Shown here piece after piece: positions 28,174 to 37,038 of a stretch of 62,365 nucleotides of DNA (positions within the stretch are counted from its first letter, which is position 1; every line of letters starts with the position of its first letter). A program made the translations under genes and the position numbers. A model generated the notes under the pieces. The model was not told where the DNA came from, did not search any database, and saw nothing but the letters and a program-made list of their open reading frames with translations. The DNA comes from a virus (lineage: Duplodnaviria > Caudoviricetes): positions 1 to 62,365 of IMG/VR virus record IMGVR_UViG_3300018868_000006; one strand, written 5' to 3'.

Positions 28174-31100
28174 ATGTCTTGGCCAGTTCTCCCGCTTGGT
28201 CTGCTCGGTAGCCAAGCGTCTACTAGCGACAACGATACCTATCAGGTAAGCCGTAGCTTGCGTTTTAATGTTTCTGACTCAACGTATTTAAGTCGCACTC
28301 CAGCCAGTTCTGGAAATCGCAAGACTTGGACATTTAGTGCTTGGGTGAAGAGATCAACAATTGGGTCAGCCCAAGCTAATTATATTCTTGGTAGTGCTCA
28401 GGCTCCATCTGGAACTAATGGTGTATATTTCGGGTTTGGCTCTGATACATTGTTCTTTGGGGACTACGCAACAAGTGGGTGGGATTGGTATCTCCAATCA
28501 TCAAGTCTATTTAGAGATACCTCAGCTTGGTATCATGTGGTTGCTCAATACGACTCAACTCAAGCCACGGCATCCGAGAGAGCGAAGCTATATGTTAACG
28601 GAGTTAGGCTAACCGCATTTGATGGAGCAAGCACCTACCCAGGCCCTAGTGCTGATAGCAGATTTAATCAAGCATCTGTTGGAATGGCTATTGGAAGACT
28701 TGGGACGTATGATGGTAATTACTTTAACGGTTATATAGCAGAAGTTCAATTCATCGACGGACAAGCTCTCACCCCATCGTCCTTCGGAGAAACCGACGCA
28801 ACAACTGGAAGATGGAAAGCCAAAGCTTTTACCGGGACATATGGAGTAAATGGGTTTTATCTTCCGTTCTCCAACACAACTACTGGGTCGAATAGCGTTT
28901 TATTTAGTGAGGATTTTAGTGCGGCGATGTACCCGAAGGACGCCTCTAGTGTCACAACTAATACAACTACTGCACCAAATGGGGCAACTACTGCTGATAC
29001 CTTTACTGAAAACTCAGCAACGGCAACTCATCGTTTTTATTTTAATAACTTAACTTACACTAACGGGGTTACCTTTACTTCTTCAATTTACGTAAAAGCC
29101 AATACTCGATCGGCAGTAGCTCTTGAGAATTGGAATGGGACAGTCGCAAACTATTGTTTTGCGGATCTTTCTAATGGAACTATTATTTCGGGGTCTCATG
29201 CTTCAGCCGCGATTACCTCTGTCGGAAACGGATGGTACAGAATCTCCGTATCAAATGTAGGGACTGGTGCTGCGGCGTGTGGGAGTGCGTTTTATATCAT
29301 GAACAACGCTATTGCTGGATCTCTTAGCTATACTGGAAATGGTACTGGTTCTATTTTTATTTGGGGTCTGCAAACGGAAGCATCTTCAACAGTTGGGCCG
29401 TACTTTGCGACAAATGGTACTGCGATTGGGTCTACTTTGCTACTCGGCGCAGACGCCTCAGTTTCAACGGGTGGCTACAACAACTGGGTAGCAAATAACC
29501 TCTCCGTAACCCCCGGAACTGGTAACGACAGCCTTGTAGATTCACCGACAAATTTCGGGTCTATCTCAACGACTCTTGTGGATGATACTTACCAGATCAG
29601 TAAAAGTCTTAGGTTTAACTCGGCTGATTCCGCCTTTTTAACTAGAACACCTTCGGTTGCTAGTAACCGCACGACTTGGACGTGGAGTGGGTGGGTTAAA
29701 CGGAGTAGCCTTGGCGGCGCGCATATATTGATGGAAGGTGGGAGTCAGGGGACTACTGATTCGGCTTTTTATTTTGATAGCAATAACAATCTTGATTTCT
29801 TCAATAGAATAACAACATCGGTTTTGGGCAGGCGAATAACTAGCCAAGTATTTAGGGACATTGGCTCATGGTTTCATTTAGTTGTAGTTTGGGATTCAGC
29901 CAACGCAACAGCCTCAGAAAGAATAAGGATTTACGTCAACGGCTCACAAATAACATCGTTTTCTTCACAAACAAATCCAGGCCCAAGCGAACTCTCATCG
30001 ATTAATAACACCGTCCTGCAAAAAATAGGCGCAACAGGAGCTTCAACCCCGACTGGAGGATATTTTGGAGGCTATCTAGCAGAAGTTCACTTCGTCGACG
30101 GACAAGCCTTAACCCCATCCAGCTTTGGAACTCGTGACGTCAACACCTACCTCTGGAAACCCAAGGCTTATACTGGGACTTACGGAACGAATGGGTTCTA
30201 TTTACCTTTTACAAATCAAGGAACCACGCAAAATCTTTTGACACATTCAGAGGACTTTTCTAATGCAGCGTGGACAAAGCATCAATCAACTGTAACAGTA
30301 AATGCAGCTGTAGCACCAAACGGAACAACAACTGCCGATAAGCTAATTGAAACAGCCACGGTAGGAGATCATCAACTCAATCGAGCGTATACAGCTGTTG
30401 ATAACACTACCTATACTCTTTCTGCTTACGCTAAAGCTGGCGAGCGTACTGTCTTCCGCTTATACCTACAAAATAAAGCTGGAACATATAACTTTTCAGA
30501 CTTTGATGTAGTTACTGGAACTATTCCACTTACGTCAGGTGTCGTTCCTGCGATTTCTGCTGTTGGTGATGGGTGGTATCGTTGCTCGGTGACTGCCAAC
30601 GCGGGAACTGGAGCTTTTGCTTCCCCTCTGGCGATTTTATCATACGGAACAGGAACTGCTGGAAGTGGTACAAACGGACTTTTTGTTTGGGGCGCGCAAC
30701 TTGAGGCAAGCTCCTCAACTGGACCCTATATGGTTACGGGGGCATCTGCTCAGACTTCAACACTTGCTATTGGCGCAGATGCCTCTGTTTCAACGGGGGG
30801 TTACAATAACTGGGTAGCAAATAACCTCTCCGTCGAGGCTGGGGTTGGGAACGATAGCCTAGTTGATTCTCCAACCTACTATGGAACAGATAACGGAGCT
30901 GGGGGTGAGGCGAGGGGGGATTATTGTACGCTAGATCCTCTTTCAATAACAGGCGGTACCTTTACGAATGGAAATCTACGGTATGCCGGTCCGGGTGACT
31001 GGAGAAGAACAAACAGCACGATGAGCATGTCTGCTGGAAAATGGTATTTTGAAGTTACTCTTGCTAATGCTCCATATCCAGGAAGAACTGCCAGTACTGC

Positions 31101-33057
31101 TTACAACGCGTTTGGTCTTAGCCCTTCAAATGTAACAAACTCATCAATAGGCCCCGGTTCAGTAACCGACGCCTTGGTGCTTTTTGATAGCGGGTTTTTC
31201 AAGAACTTTGCTGGAGCCACCACGGATGGAGGAACTGCTTTTCTAGCGGGGGATGTGCTTTCAGTTTCGGTCGATCTTGACGCGAACACGTTTGTTTTTC
31301 GAAGAAACAATGTACAAATCACCAGTGGGACAATTGGGGGTACACCTGGGAGAAGTCTTACGCCTTGTATCCTAAGCTATTCGAATGAGTACGGCGTAAT
31401 GGATGTGAACTTCGGCCAACGCCCCTTCATCCACGCTGCACCCTCCGGCTTTAAGGCATTACGGGACTACAACAAACTACCCGTGCCTACCGGGGGAGAG
31501 GTGCGGGGGAATTATGCGACGCTAAATCCATTGGATTTTTCTTGCCCAGGGACGATCAGCAATGGAAATCTTCAGTATGTTCAATCTACCCTTAATCCAA
31601 GGGGCGGAAGGTCAACAATGGCCGTTAGTTCTGGGAAATGGTATTGGGAGGTGACAAATAACGGAGGTAATAATTGCCCTGGAATTATTAGAGATATTGG
31701 AGCTCTCACGTCATACATAGGATCAAACGCAGATGGGTGGGGTTATTTTATTGACGGGCAAAAATACAATAACGGCACTGGGACAAATTATGGGGCATCC
31801 TACACGACAAATGATGTTATAGGCATTGCACTAAATATGGATGCGGGGACTCTTGTCTTTTACAAAAACGGAGTTTCGCAGGGGACAGCATTTAGCGGTC
31901 TTTCTGGAACTATGTCTCCAGCATTTTCTTCGTCCAATGGGTCTGCCGTTTCTTTTACTGTAAACTTCGGCCAACGCCCCTGGGCTTACGATGCCCCATT
32001 TGGTTTCAAGCCTCTCTGCACCACGTTACTACCTCAACCGACCATCCAGAAGTCGAGCACGGCGATGGATGTGGTTACTTATACTGGTAATAGTGGAACG
32101 CAGACAATCAGCAGTCTTGGCTTTAGCCCCGATCTAGTGTGGTTAAAACGCCGAAACCTAGCAGATAGTAATGGACTCTTTGATTCTGTTCGCGGGGCTG
32201 GATGGCGGCTTCAATCAAACGACACTACTGCTGAAGTCTTGCGTACCGATGTTTTGACATCCTTCGACTCAAACGGATTCTCAATTACAGGAAGTGACAC
32301 TCAGTCAAACTTTCTTAACAGCACCTATGTTGCTTGGGCATGGGACGCAGGCTCATCTAGCGCAACTAACACATCTGGATCTATAACCAGCACAGTTAGG
32401 GCAAATCCAATAGCTGGGGTTAGTGTGGTTACTTATGCTGGGAATAGTACAGGTGGCGCCACCATCGGACACGGTTTAGGTGCTTCCCCTAAGTTAATAA
32501 TATTTAAATGTCGCAACTTCACGTATCAATGGTTGACGTACCACGGAAGTCTACCTAATACGTCCATACTAGCTTTAGATAGTACCGCTGCCGCAGCCCC
32601 AGGTTTTTCAACTTTCCTCAATTCGACCAATCCTTCTTCTACTGTTGTTACCCTTGGCAGCACAGTAGGAGTAAATGAGTCGAGTCGTACTTACGTCGCC
32701 TACTGCTTCGCCGAAGTCGAAGGCTTCAGCAAGATTGGTTCTTACACTGGTAACGGAAGTGCAGATGGTCCGTTTGTATACTGCGGGTTTAGACCGAGAT
32801 GGATTATGTACAAACGTACTGACACAACTGGCAACTGGAACATCATCGATACCGCCCGGGATACGTACAACCCCGAGCAGACCTTATTGCGAGCAAACTT
32901 GCCTAACCCTGACGAATCAAATGCTGTGTATGCACAAGACTTTACTGCTAATGGTTGGAAGATTCGCTCTACCAATGTTGATATAAATGTCGACACTAAA
33001 ACCTACATCTTTGCAGCCTTCGCTGAATCCCCCTTCAAATACGCCAGAGCAAGATAA
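28174..33057 (+). CDS. Large receptor-binding protein with duplicated LamG-like, carbohydrate-binding-like and SPRY-like modules
   Basis: SLRFN...WT.S.WVKRS twice; NGWYR/DGWYR...WGAQLE twice; GKWYFEV/GKWYWEV...NFGQRP twice; GFSPDLVWLK C-terminal region. Confidence 0.8.
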   Translation: MSWPVLPLGLLGSQASTSDNDTYQVSRSLRFNVSDSTYLSRTPASSGNRKTWTFSAWVKRSTIGSAQANYILGSAQAPSGTNGVYFGFGSDTLFFGDYATSGWDWYLQSSSLFRDTSAWYHVVAQYDSTQATASERAKLYVNGVRLTAFDGASTYPGPSADSRFNQASVGMAIGRLGTYDGNYFNGYIAEVQFIDGQALTPSSFGETDATTGRWKAKAFTGTYGVNGFYLPFSNTTTGSNSVLFSEDFSAAMYPKDASSVTTNTTTAPNGATTADTFTENSATATHRFYFNNLTYTNGVTFTSSIYVKANTRSAVALENWNGTVANYCFADLSNGTIISGSHASAAITSVGNGWYRISVSNVGTGAAACGSAFYIMNNAIAGSLSYTGNGTGSIFIWGLQTEASSTVGPYFATNGTAIGSTLLLGADASVSTGGYNNWVANNLSVTPGTGNDSLVDSPTNFGSISTTLVDDTYQISKSLRFNSADSAFLTRTPSVASNRTTWTWSGWVKRSSLGGAHILMEGGSQGTTDSAFYFDSNNNLDFFNRITTSVLGRRITSQVFRDIGSWFHLVVVWDSANATASERIRIYVNGSQITSFSSQTNPGPSELSSINNTVLQKIGATGASTPTGGYFGGYLAEVHFVDGQALTPSSFGTRDVNTYLWKPKAYTGTYGTNGFYLPFTNQGTTQNLLTHSEDFSNAAWTKHQSTVTVNAAVAPNGTTTADKLIETATVGDHQLNRAYTAVDNTTYTLSAYAKAGERTVFRLYLQNKAGTYNFSDFDVVTGTIPLTSGVVPAISAVGDGWYRCSVTANAGTGAFASPLAILSYGTGTAGSGTNGLFVWGAQLEASSSTGPYMVTGASAQTSTLAIGADASVSTGGYNNWVANNLSVEAGVGNDSLVDSPTYYGTDNGAGGEARGDYCTLDPLSITGGTFTNGNLRYAGPGDWRRTNSTMSMSAGKWYFEVTLANAPYPGRTASTAYNAFGLSPSNVTNSSIGPGSVTDALVLFDSGFFKNFAGATTDGGTAFLAGDVLSVSVDLDANTFVFRRNNVQITSGTIGGTPGRSLTPCILSYSNEYGVMDVNFGQRPFIHAAPSGFKALRDYNKLPVPTGGEVRGNYATLNPLDFSCPGTISNGNLQYVQSTLNPRGGRSTMAVSSGKWYWEVTNNGGNNCPGIIRDIGALTSYIGSNADGWGYFIDGQKYNNGTGTNYGASYTTNDVIGIALNMDAGTLVFYKNGVSQGTAFSGLSGTMSPAFSSSNGSAVSFTVNFGQRPWAYDAPFGFKPLCTTLLPQPTIQKSSTAMDVVTYTGNSGTQTISSLGFSPDLVWLKRRNLADSNGLFDSVRGAGWRLQSNDTTAEVLRTDVLTSFDSNGFSITGSDTQSNFLNSTYVAWAWDAGSSSATNTSGSITSTVRANPIAGVSVVTYAGNSTGGATIGHGLGASPKLIIFKCRNFTYQWLTYHGSLPNTSILALDSTAAAAPGFSTFLNSTNPSSTVVTLGSTVGVNESSRTYVAYCFAEVEGFSKIGSYTGNGSADGPFVYCGFRPRWIMYKRTDTTGNWNIIDTARDTYNPEQTLLRANLPNPDESNAVYAQDFTANGWKIRSTNVDINVDTKTYIFAAFAESPFKYARAR

Positions 33058-33070
33058 GGAGAACACATAT

Positions 33071-33493
33071 ATGTGGATAACAACCAACAACCAAATCATT
33101 TCCTCCCCAAGAGGAATAACAATCAACGAAATTCAGCACCCCCAGACCGTATTCCAATACTGGTCAAAGGAGGAGCTGGCGGCCATAGGTGTCAAACCCT
33201 ATCACCCAGCATATCCCCCAGCTGGCGAGAGGGTAACCTCATCGTCTACGGAGGAGCGTGACGGGGAAATCTACGAAGTTCTGACGACTGAGGTGGTACC
33301 GCCAGCCCCGGATACTCGCTCTTATTCGGAGAAAAGAGCATCGGAATACCCCAGCTTATCTGAGCTAAACGTAGCTCTCTGGGAAAAGGTCGTCGAGGGT
33401 CGGTCTGAATCCGCTGATGCTTTGGAAGCAAAGCGCCAGGAGATCAAGGCTAAGTACCCGAAGCCCGTGGTCACACCAGAGCCCGTAGAGTAA
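33071..33493 (+). CDS. Fibre assembly/chaperone-like protein
   Basis: SD AAGGAG; R..EYP...IKAKYPKP motif. Confidence 0.65.
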   Translation: MWITTNNQIISSPRGITINEIQHPQTVFQYWSKEELAAIGVKPYHPAYPPAGERVTSSSTEERDGEIYEVLTTEVVPPAPDTRSYSEKRASEYPSLSELNVALWEKVVEGRSESADALEAKRQEIKAKYPKPVVTPEPVE

Positions 33494-33497
33494 CTCC

Positions 33498-33884
33498 TTG
33501 AACTTCGGAGAGTTCCCAGCAGGCGTTGCCGTTTTGGGTTGGCAACAGGAGTACACGGCCGCTCACAACTTTAAGGCAACTACGCTGACGGATGGAGCAA
33601 CGATTGCTTGGGATCTTGCATCCAATCAGGTTGCTAAGGTCGTTCTTGGCGGAAACCGAACTTTGCAAAACCCAACCTTTGCCAAGGATGGTGGTGTTTA
33701 TGTGCTGTTTGTGACCCAAGATGCCACGGGTTCTAGAACTTTGAACTACGGATCAAACTATCGGTGGTCTAACGGGAATATTCCACCAACCCTTACAGCA
33801 ATCCCGAATCGGACAGATATTTTAACCTTTGTATCTTTCGATGGGAAAATGTACGGATCCGCAGTATCGAACTTCACACAATAA
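33498..33884 (+). CDS. Fibre adaptor, paralog of C-terminus of 27445-28170
   Basis: VAVLG.QQ.YT..HNF.AT.LT...AWDL shared. Confidence 0.7.
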   Translation: MNFGEFPAGVAVLGWQQEYTAAHNFKATTLTDGATIAWDLASNQVAKVVLGGNRTLQNPTFAKDGGVYVLFVTQDATGSRTLNYGSNYRWSNGNIPPTLTAIPNRTDILTFVSFDGKMYGSAVSNFTQ

Positions 33885-33888
33885 AAGT

Positions 33889-34689
33889 ATGCCGTGGCCT
33901 GTGTTGCCGTATGGGTTTATTGGCGGGGTTCGGAAGAATGCGGGTATCTACGGAAGGCAACCGCCAGAAACATTAAATATTCTTGTCGTGGGCGGCGGGG
34001 GTAATGGGAATTTCACAACGGCAAACGGAGGGGCCGCAGGTGGTGGTGGAGGTGTTTATGTTGCGTCTGTACCATCGGGAGCTTTATTAAGCCCAAACCC
34101 ATTCTACACAGTTGTTGTTGGGGGTAGGGGAGCATCGAGTCAATTTGCGTCGTACACCGCTACTGGAGGCCAGACGCCTAGTGGTTGCACAGGTGGAGCC
34201 CAGGGATCGCCTAATGGACACGGGGGTGGGGGCGGTTTCTCGTATGGTTCTGGCGTTAATGCGGGTAGTTGCGGGGGTGGCGCTGGTGGTTCTCACTCAG
34301 GTCCAGGGGTGGGTTCCCAGCAAATTGGAGCTGATTATTATCTTGGATACGCTTTGAACGGTTACGCTGTTGGATCAGTCATAAGCTCGTTGATAGGTAG
34401 TCCTTTTGTTGGAGTGGGTGGTATAGGAGCTTGGAGAAGTCCGTGGGGGCAAACCAACCAACCGCGCTATTTAAATAGCGGCGGTCAGGGAGCTGGTGGG
34501 GGAGGGCCAAGGGGAAATGCTTCTTATCTAGGATGCGGGGGTGGTGGAGGAGGTGGTTTGGGAACCGCTGGGGTTGTTGTAGTAAGTTACTCTGGAACTC
34601 AAGCTGGGCCCGGCGGGAGCGTAACTTACCACTCCCCATCAAACACAACCTACCACGTTTTTACTTCTAATGGAGTTCTTGAACTATAA
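33889..34689 (+). CDS. Glycine-rich adhesin-like protein
   Basis: MPWPVLP start, ILVVGGGG, poly-Gly, YHVFTS.G. Confidence 0.75.
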   Translation: MPWPVLPYGFIGGVRKNAGIYGRQPPETLNILVVGGGGNGNFTTANGGAAGGGGGVYVASVPSGALLSPNPFYTVVVGGRGASSQFASYTATGGQTPSGCTGGAQGSPNGHGGGGGFSYGSGVNAGSCGGGAGGSHSGPGVGSQQIGADYYLGYALNGYAVGSVISSLIGSPFVGVGGIGAWRSPWGQTNQPRYLNSGGQGAGGGGPRGNASYLGCGGGGGGGLGTAGVVVVSYSGTQAGPGGSVTYHSPSNTTYHVFTSNGVLEL

Positions 34690-34698
34690 CTCACATTC

Positions 34699-34725
34699 TT
34701 GACAAATCGGTGTCTGACTTAAACT
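34699..34725 (+). promoter_or_regulatory. Promoter-like TTGACA-N15-TAAACT
   Basis: Intergenic, before ejection-protein operon. Confidence 0.5.
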
Positions 34726-34737
34726 TAAGTAACCGCT

Positions 34738-35100
34738 ATGGCCGCATCAAAAATAGAAGAACTCCAATCTCTAGGTGAACTACAAGAACTTGTCGCGGCC
34801 GCAAAAGAAGACAATCACGATGTCCTGTTCCCTTCACATATCTTTAGAAAGAACGGAGAACTTATTGGGTATGCTGGGGTTTTCTCTATGCCCATTCTTA
34901 TGTGGTGGTTGGATTCAAAAAAGGGCAATGCCCGAGACACTTTAGAAATGCTCAAAGAAGTTGAAAACCTAGCAAGAGCGAAAAAAGTAAAGAGGTATGT
35001 AACAATCTGTGCCGAAAGTTCGCCATACTTCAAACATATGAATCGGCTTGGTTACTCAAAACTAGGAAAAACAGTCATGTTCCAAAAGGAGATTATCTAA
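34738..35100 (+). CDS. GNAT-like protein preceding ejection genes
   Basis: ELIGYAG...RLGY pattern; syntenic with podovirus acetyltransferase-like genes. Confidence 0.5.
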   Translation: MAASKIEELQSLGELQELVAAAKEDNHDVLFPSHIFRKNGELIGYAGVFSMPILMWWLDSKKGNARDTLEMLKEVENLARAKKVKRYVTICAESSPYFKHMNRLGYSKLGKTVMFQKEII

Positions 35101-35101
35101 T

Positions 35102-35965
35102 ATGGGATGCTTTGGAGACGACCCAGATAAGCCGCAGTACGTAGCGGCGCAACTCGAGAAACTATCTTTACCAGATCGCCTCAAGGCTATTGATGAATTC
35201 ATAGCACAAAAAGACAAGTTTGGTGGCATCCAAGAAACTATTAAAGCTTCTGCTTCTGGTTACTTGGATAGCCTTGATGCCCTAAGACCTGGATACAAGG
35301 CAGGTCTTGAAAAGACCCAGCAAACCGCAGACTCTTTGGCTCAAGGACTGATGCCAGATGATGTTGCTTCGAAAGTTTCTAGATCTGCCGCCTTTAAAGG
35401 ACTGACGGCTGGCTTGGGAGGTTCGGGAAGATCTCAACTCGAAGCCAGAGACATGGCTAGAACAAGTTTTGATTTAATGGGCCAAGGGATAACGATGCAA
35501 CAAGGGTTACGCCAAGAGACAAGAGGTCTTATGCCGCTTCAAAGTATGAATCTTGCTTTCACTCCGCAAAACATTCGGCAAGAGGACGTATCTCTAGCCC
35601 AATACAATAATAATATCGCCAATCGGCAGGCAGAGCTAAACGCAAACGTATACAACCGTCAGCAAGACGCAAATTACGCATACCAATCTGAAAATGGCGG
35701 TTCCCCATGGGCGGGTATTGCAGGAAGTGTCATCGGAGCTGGTCTCGGTGTTCTCGCAGCACCCGCAACTGGTGGAATGTCTATCCCGCTAGGTATGAGT
35801 ATGGGCGGTGCGATTGGTGGCCAGTTAGGTGGTGCTAAAGGAATGCAGGCCGGAGCAACTGGTATGTCGGTAGGCAATATGGGTATTGCTGGAGTCTCTT
35901 CCTACAACCAAGGAAGAAATCAAATGTTTAGCAATTACAAAGGTCCGTTTATTTGGGACTACTAA
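35102..35965 (+). CDS. DNA ejection/pilot protein
   Basis: MG start, Q/N-rich, C-terminal glycine-zipper hydrophobic segment. Confidence 0.65.
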   Translation: MGCFGDDPDKPQYVAAQLEKLSLPDRLKAIDEFIAQKDKFGGIQETIKASASGYLDSLDALRPGYKAGLEKTQQTADSLAQGLMPDDVASKVSRSAAFKGLTAGLGGSGRSQLEARDMARTSFDLMGQGITMQQGLRQETRGLMPLQSMNLAFTPQNIRQEDVSLAQYNNNIANRQAELNANVYNRQQDANYAYQSENGGSPWAGIAGSVIGAGLGVLAAPATGGMSIPLGMSMGGAIGGQLGGAKGMQAGATGMSVGNMGIAGVSSYNQGRNQMFSNYKGPFIWDY

Positions 35966-35968
35966 CAG

Positions 35969-37036
35969 ATGACGCCTCGCGAACAGATTGCCATTACCTC
36001 GGGTCTCGCCCAAAGCGTAGCGAGCAATATCTTTATGGCTCAACGTGCAAATATAGCACAAAAAGATTTGAGCCTTCGGGAGAAGTCTTACGCAGAGGGG
36101 ATTCGGCAGGCGGATCGTAATTTCGAGATGGAGACCAAGCGTCTTGAGATGACTGGGAAATACCAAGACGCTCAAATGCAGGCCTGGAACCGCCAAGCTT
36201 TGGATTTCGAAACCGACACAACAACCGCCCCCATAGTTGCCGACTATGCGTTGCAACTCGAAAGCCTCCACGGAGATCCAGATGCAATTGAGAAATGGTC
36301 TCCAGATATGAGCGTGATTGACCAAGCACCAGAAAATCTTAGGCCTAGGATGCGAGCCAAGCTTTCTATGGCTGGCCGAGAGCTCCGAGACAAGGCTTTG
36401 GCTTCTAGTACAGAATATAAAGACCGCAGCGAAAGGGGTGCTTTACTGCTAAAGGGCTCGAAATACCTAACGCCAGACAACGGATTTACAGAGGAAGCAA
36501 GAGGAGTTTCTGAAATGCTTGGGAGAAAACTCCTTCGTCGCCAGCCCTTGACTCAAGAAGAAGAGATGATGGCCGCATCTTTGACAAGTAAGGTTGAAAA
36601 GGAAGTTCAGAAGCGTGACCCCGATCTTATCAAGGCTCGGTACAAATACGGAACAGAACTTACAATTGAAGGTCTCAAGACAGCCACCATTGAGTTTAAC
36701 GAAGCCAGCAAGAGCTACAGAGACGCAACAGCCAACCCAGTTATTCCAGCAAGCGTTAAGCAACAACTCAAAGAAGAAAGAGATCTGGCTGCGACTAAGC
36801 TTCAAATCGCAAAGAAAACTGCTGGCATATCCGACAAGTTACCCGGTGAAACCGATGAAGAGGAAACTGAGCAAAAACCAAAACAGGAGGAAAAGACAAA
36901 GAAATCGGGAGTGGCGCCAGAAAGCCCGCTCAAGAGAGCACTCAAGCCTTACCCAAGTGTCCCAAGCAAGCCATCTTCTTTAAGATCTTTGCCTGGGATG
37001 GAGGGAAGTGCTGGTATCAACTCAGTTGAGGCATAA
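35969..37036 (+). CDS. Internal virion protein
   Basis: Helical, charged, between pilot and giant protein. Confidence 0.6.
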   Translation: MTPREQIAITSGLAQSVASNIFMAQRANIAQKDLSLREKSYAEGIRQADRNFEMETKRLEMTGKYQDAQMQAWNRQALDFETDTTTAPIVADYALQLESLHGDPDAIEKWSPDMSVIDQAPENLRPRMRAKLSMAGRELRDKALASSTEYKDRSERGALLLKGSKYLTPDNGFTEEARGVSEMLGRKLLRRQPLTQEEEMMAASLTSKVEKEVQKRDPDLIKARYKYGTELTIEGLKTATIEFNEASKSYRDATANPVIPASVKQQLKEERDLAATKLQIAKKTAGISDKLPGETDEEETEQKPKQEEKTKKSGVAPESPLKRALKPYPSVPSKPSSLRSLPGMEGSAGINSVEA

Positions 37037-37038
37037 TC

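Noticed and set aside
22728-34689. Diversity-generating retroelement or invertible fibre switch
   Set aside because: No reverse transcriptase, adenine-specific TR/VR pair, invertase or inverted cassette seen
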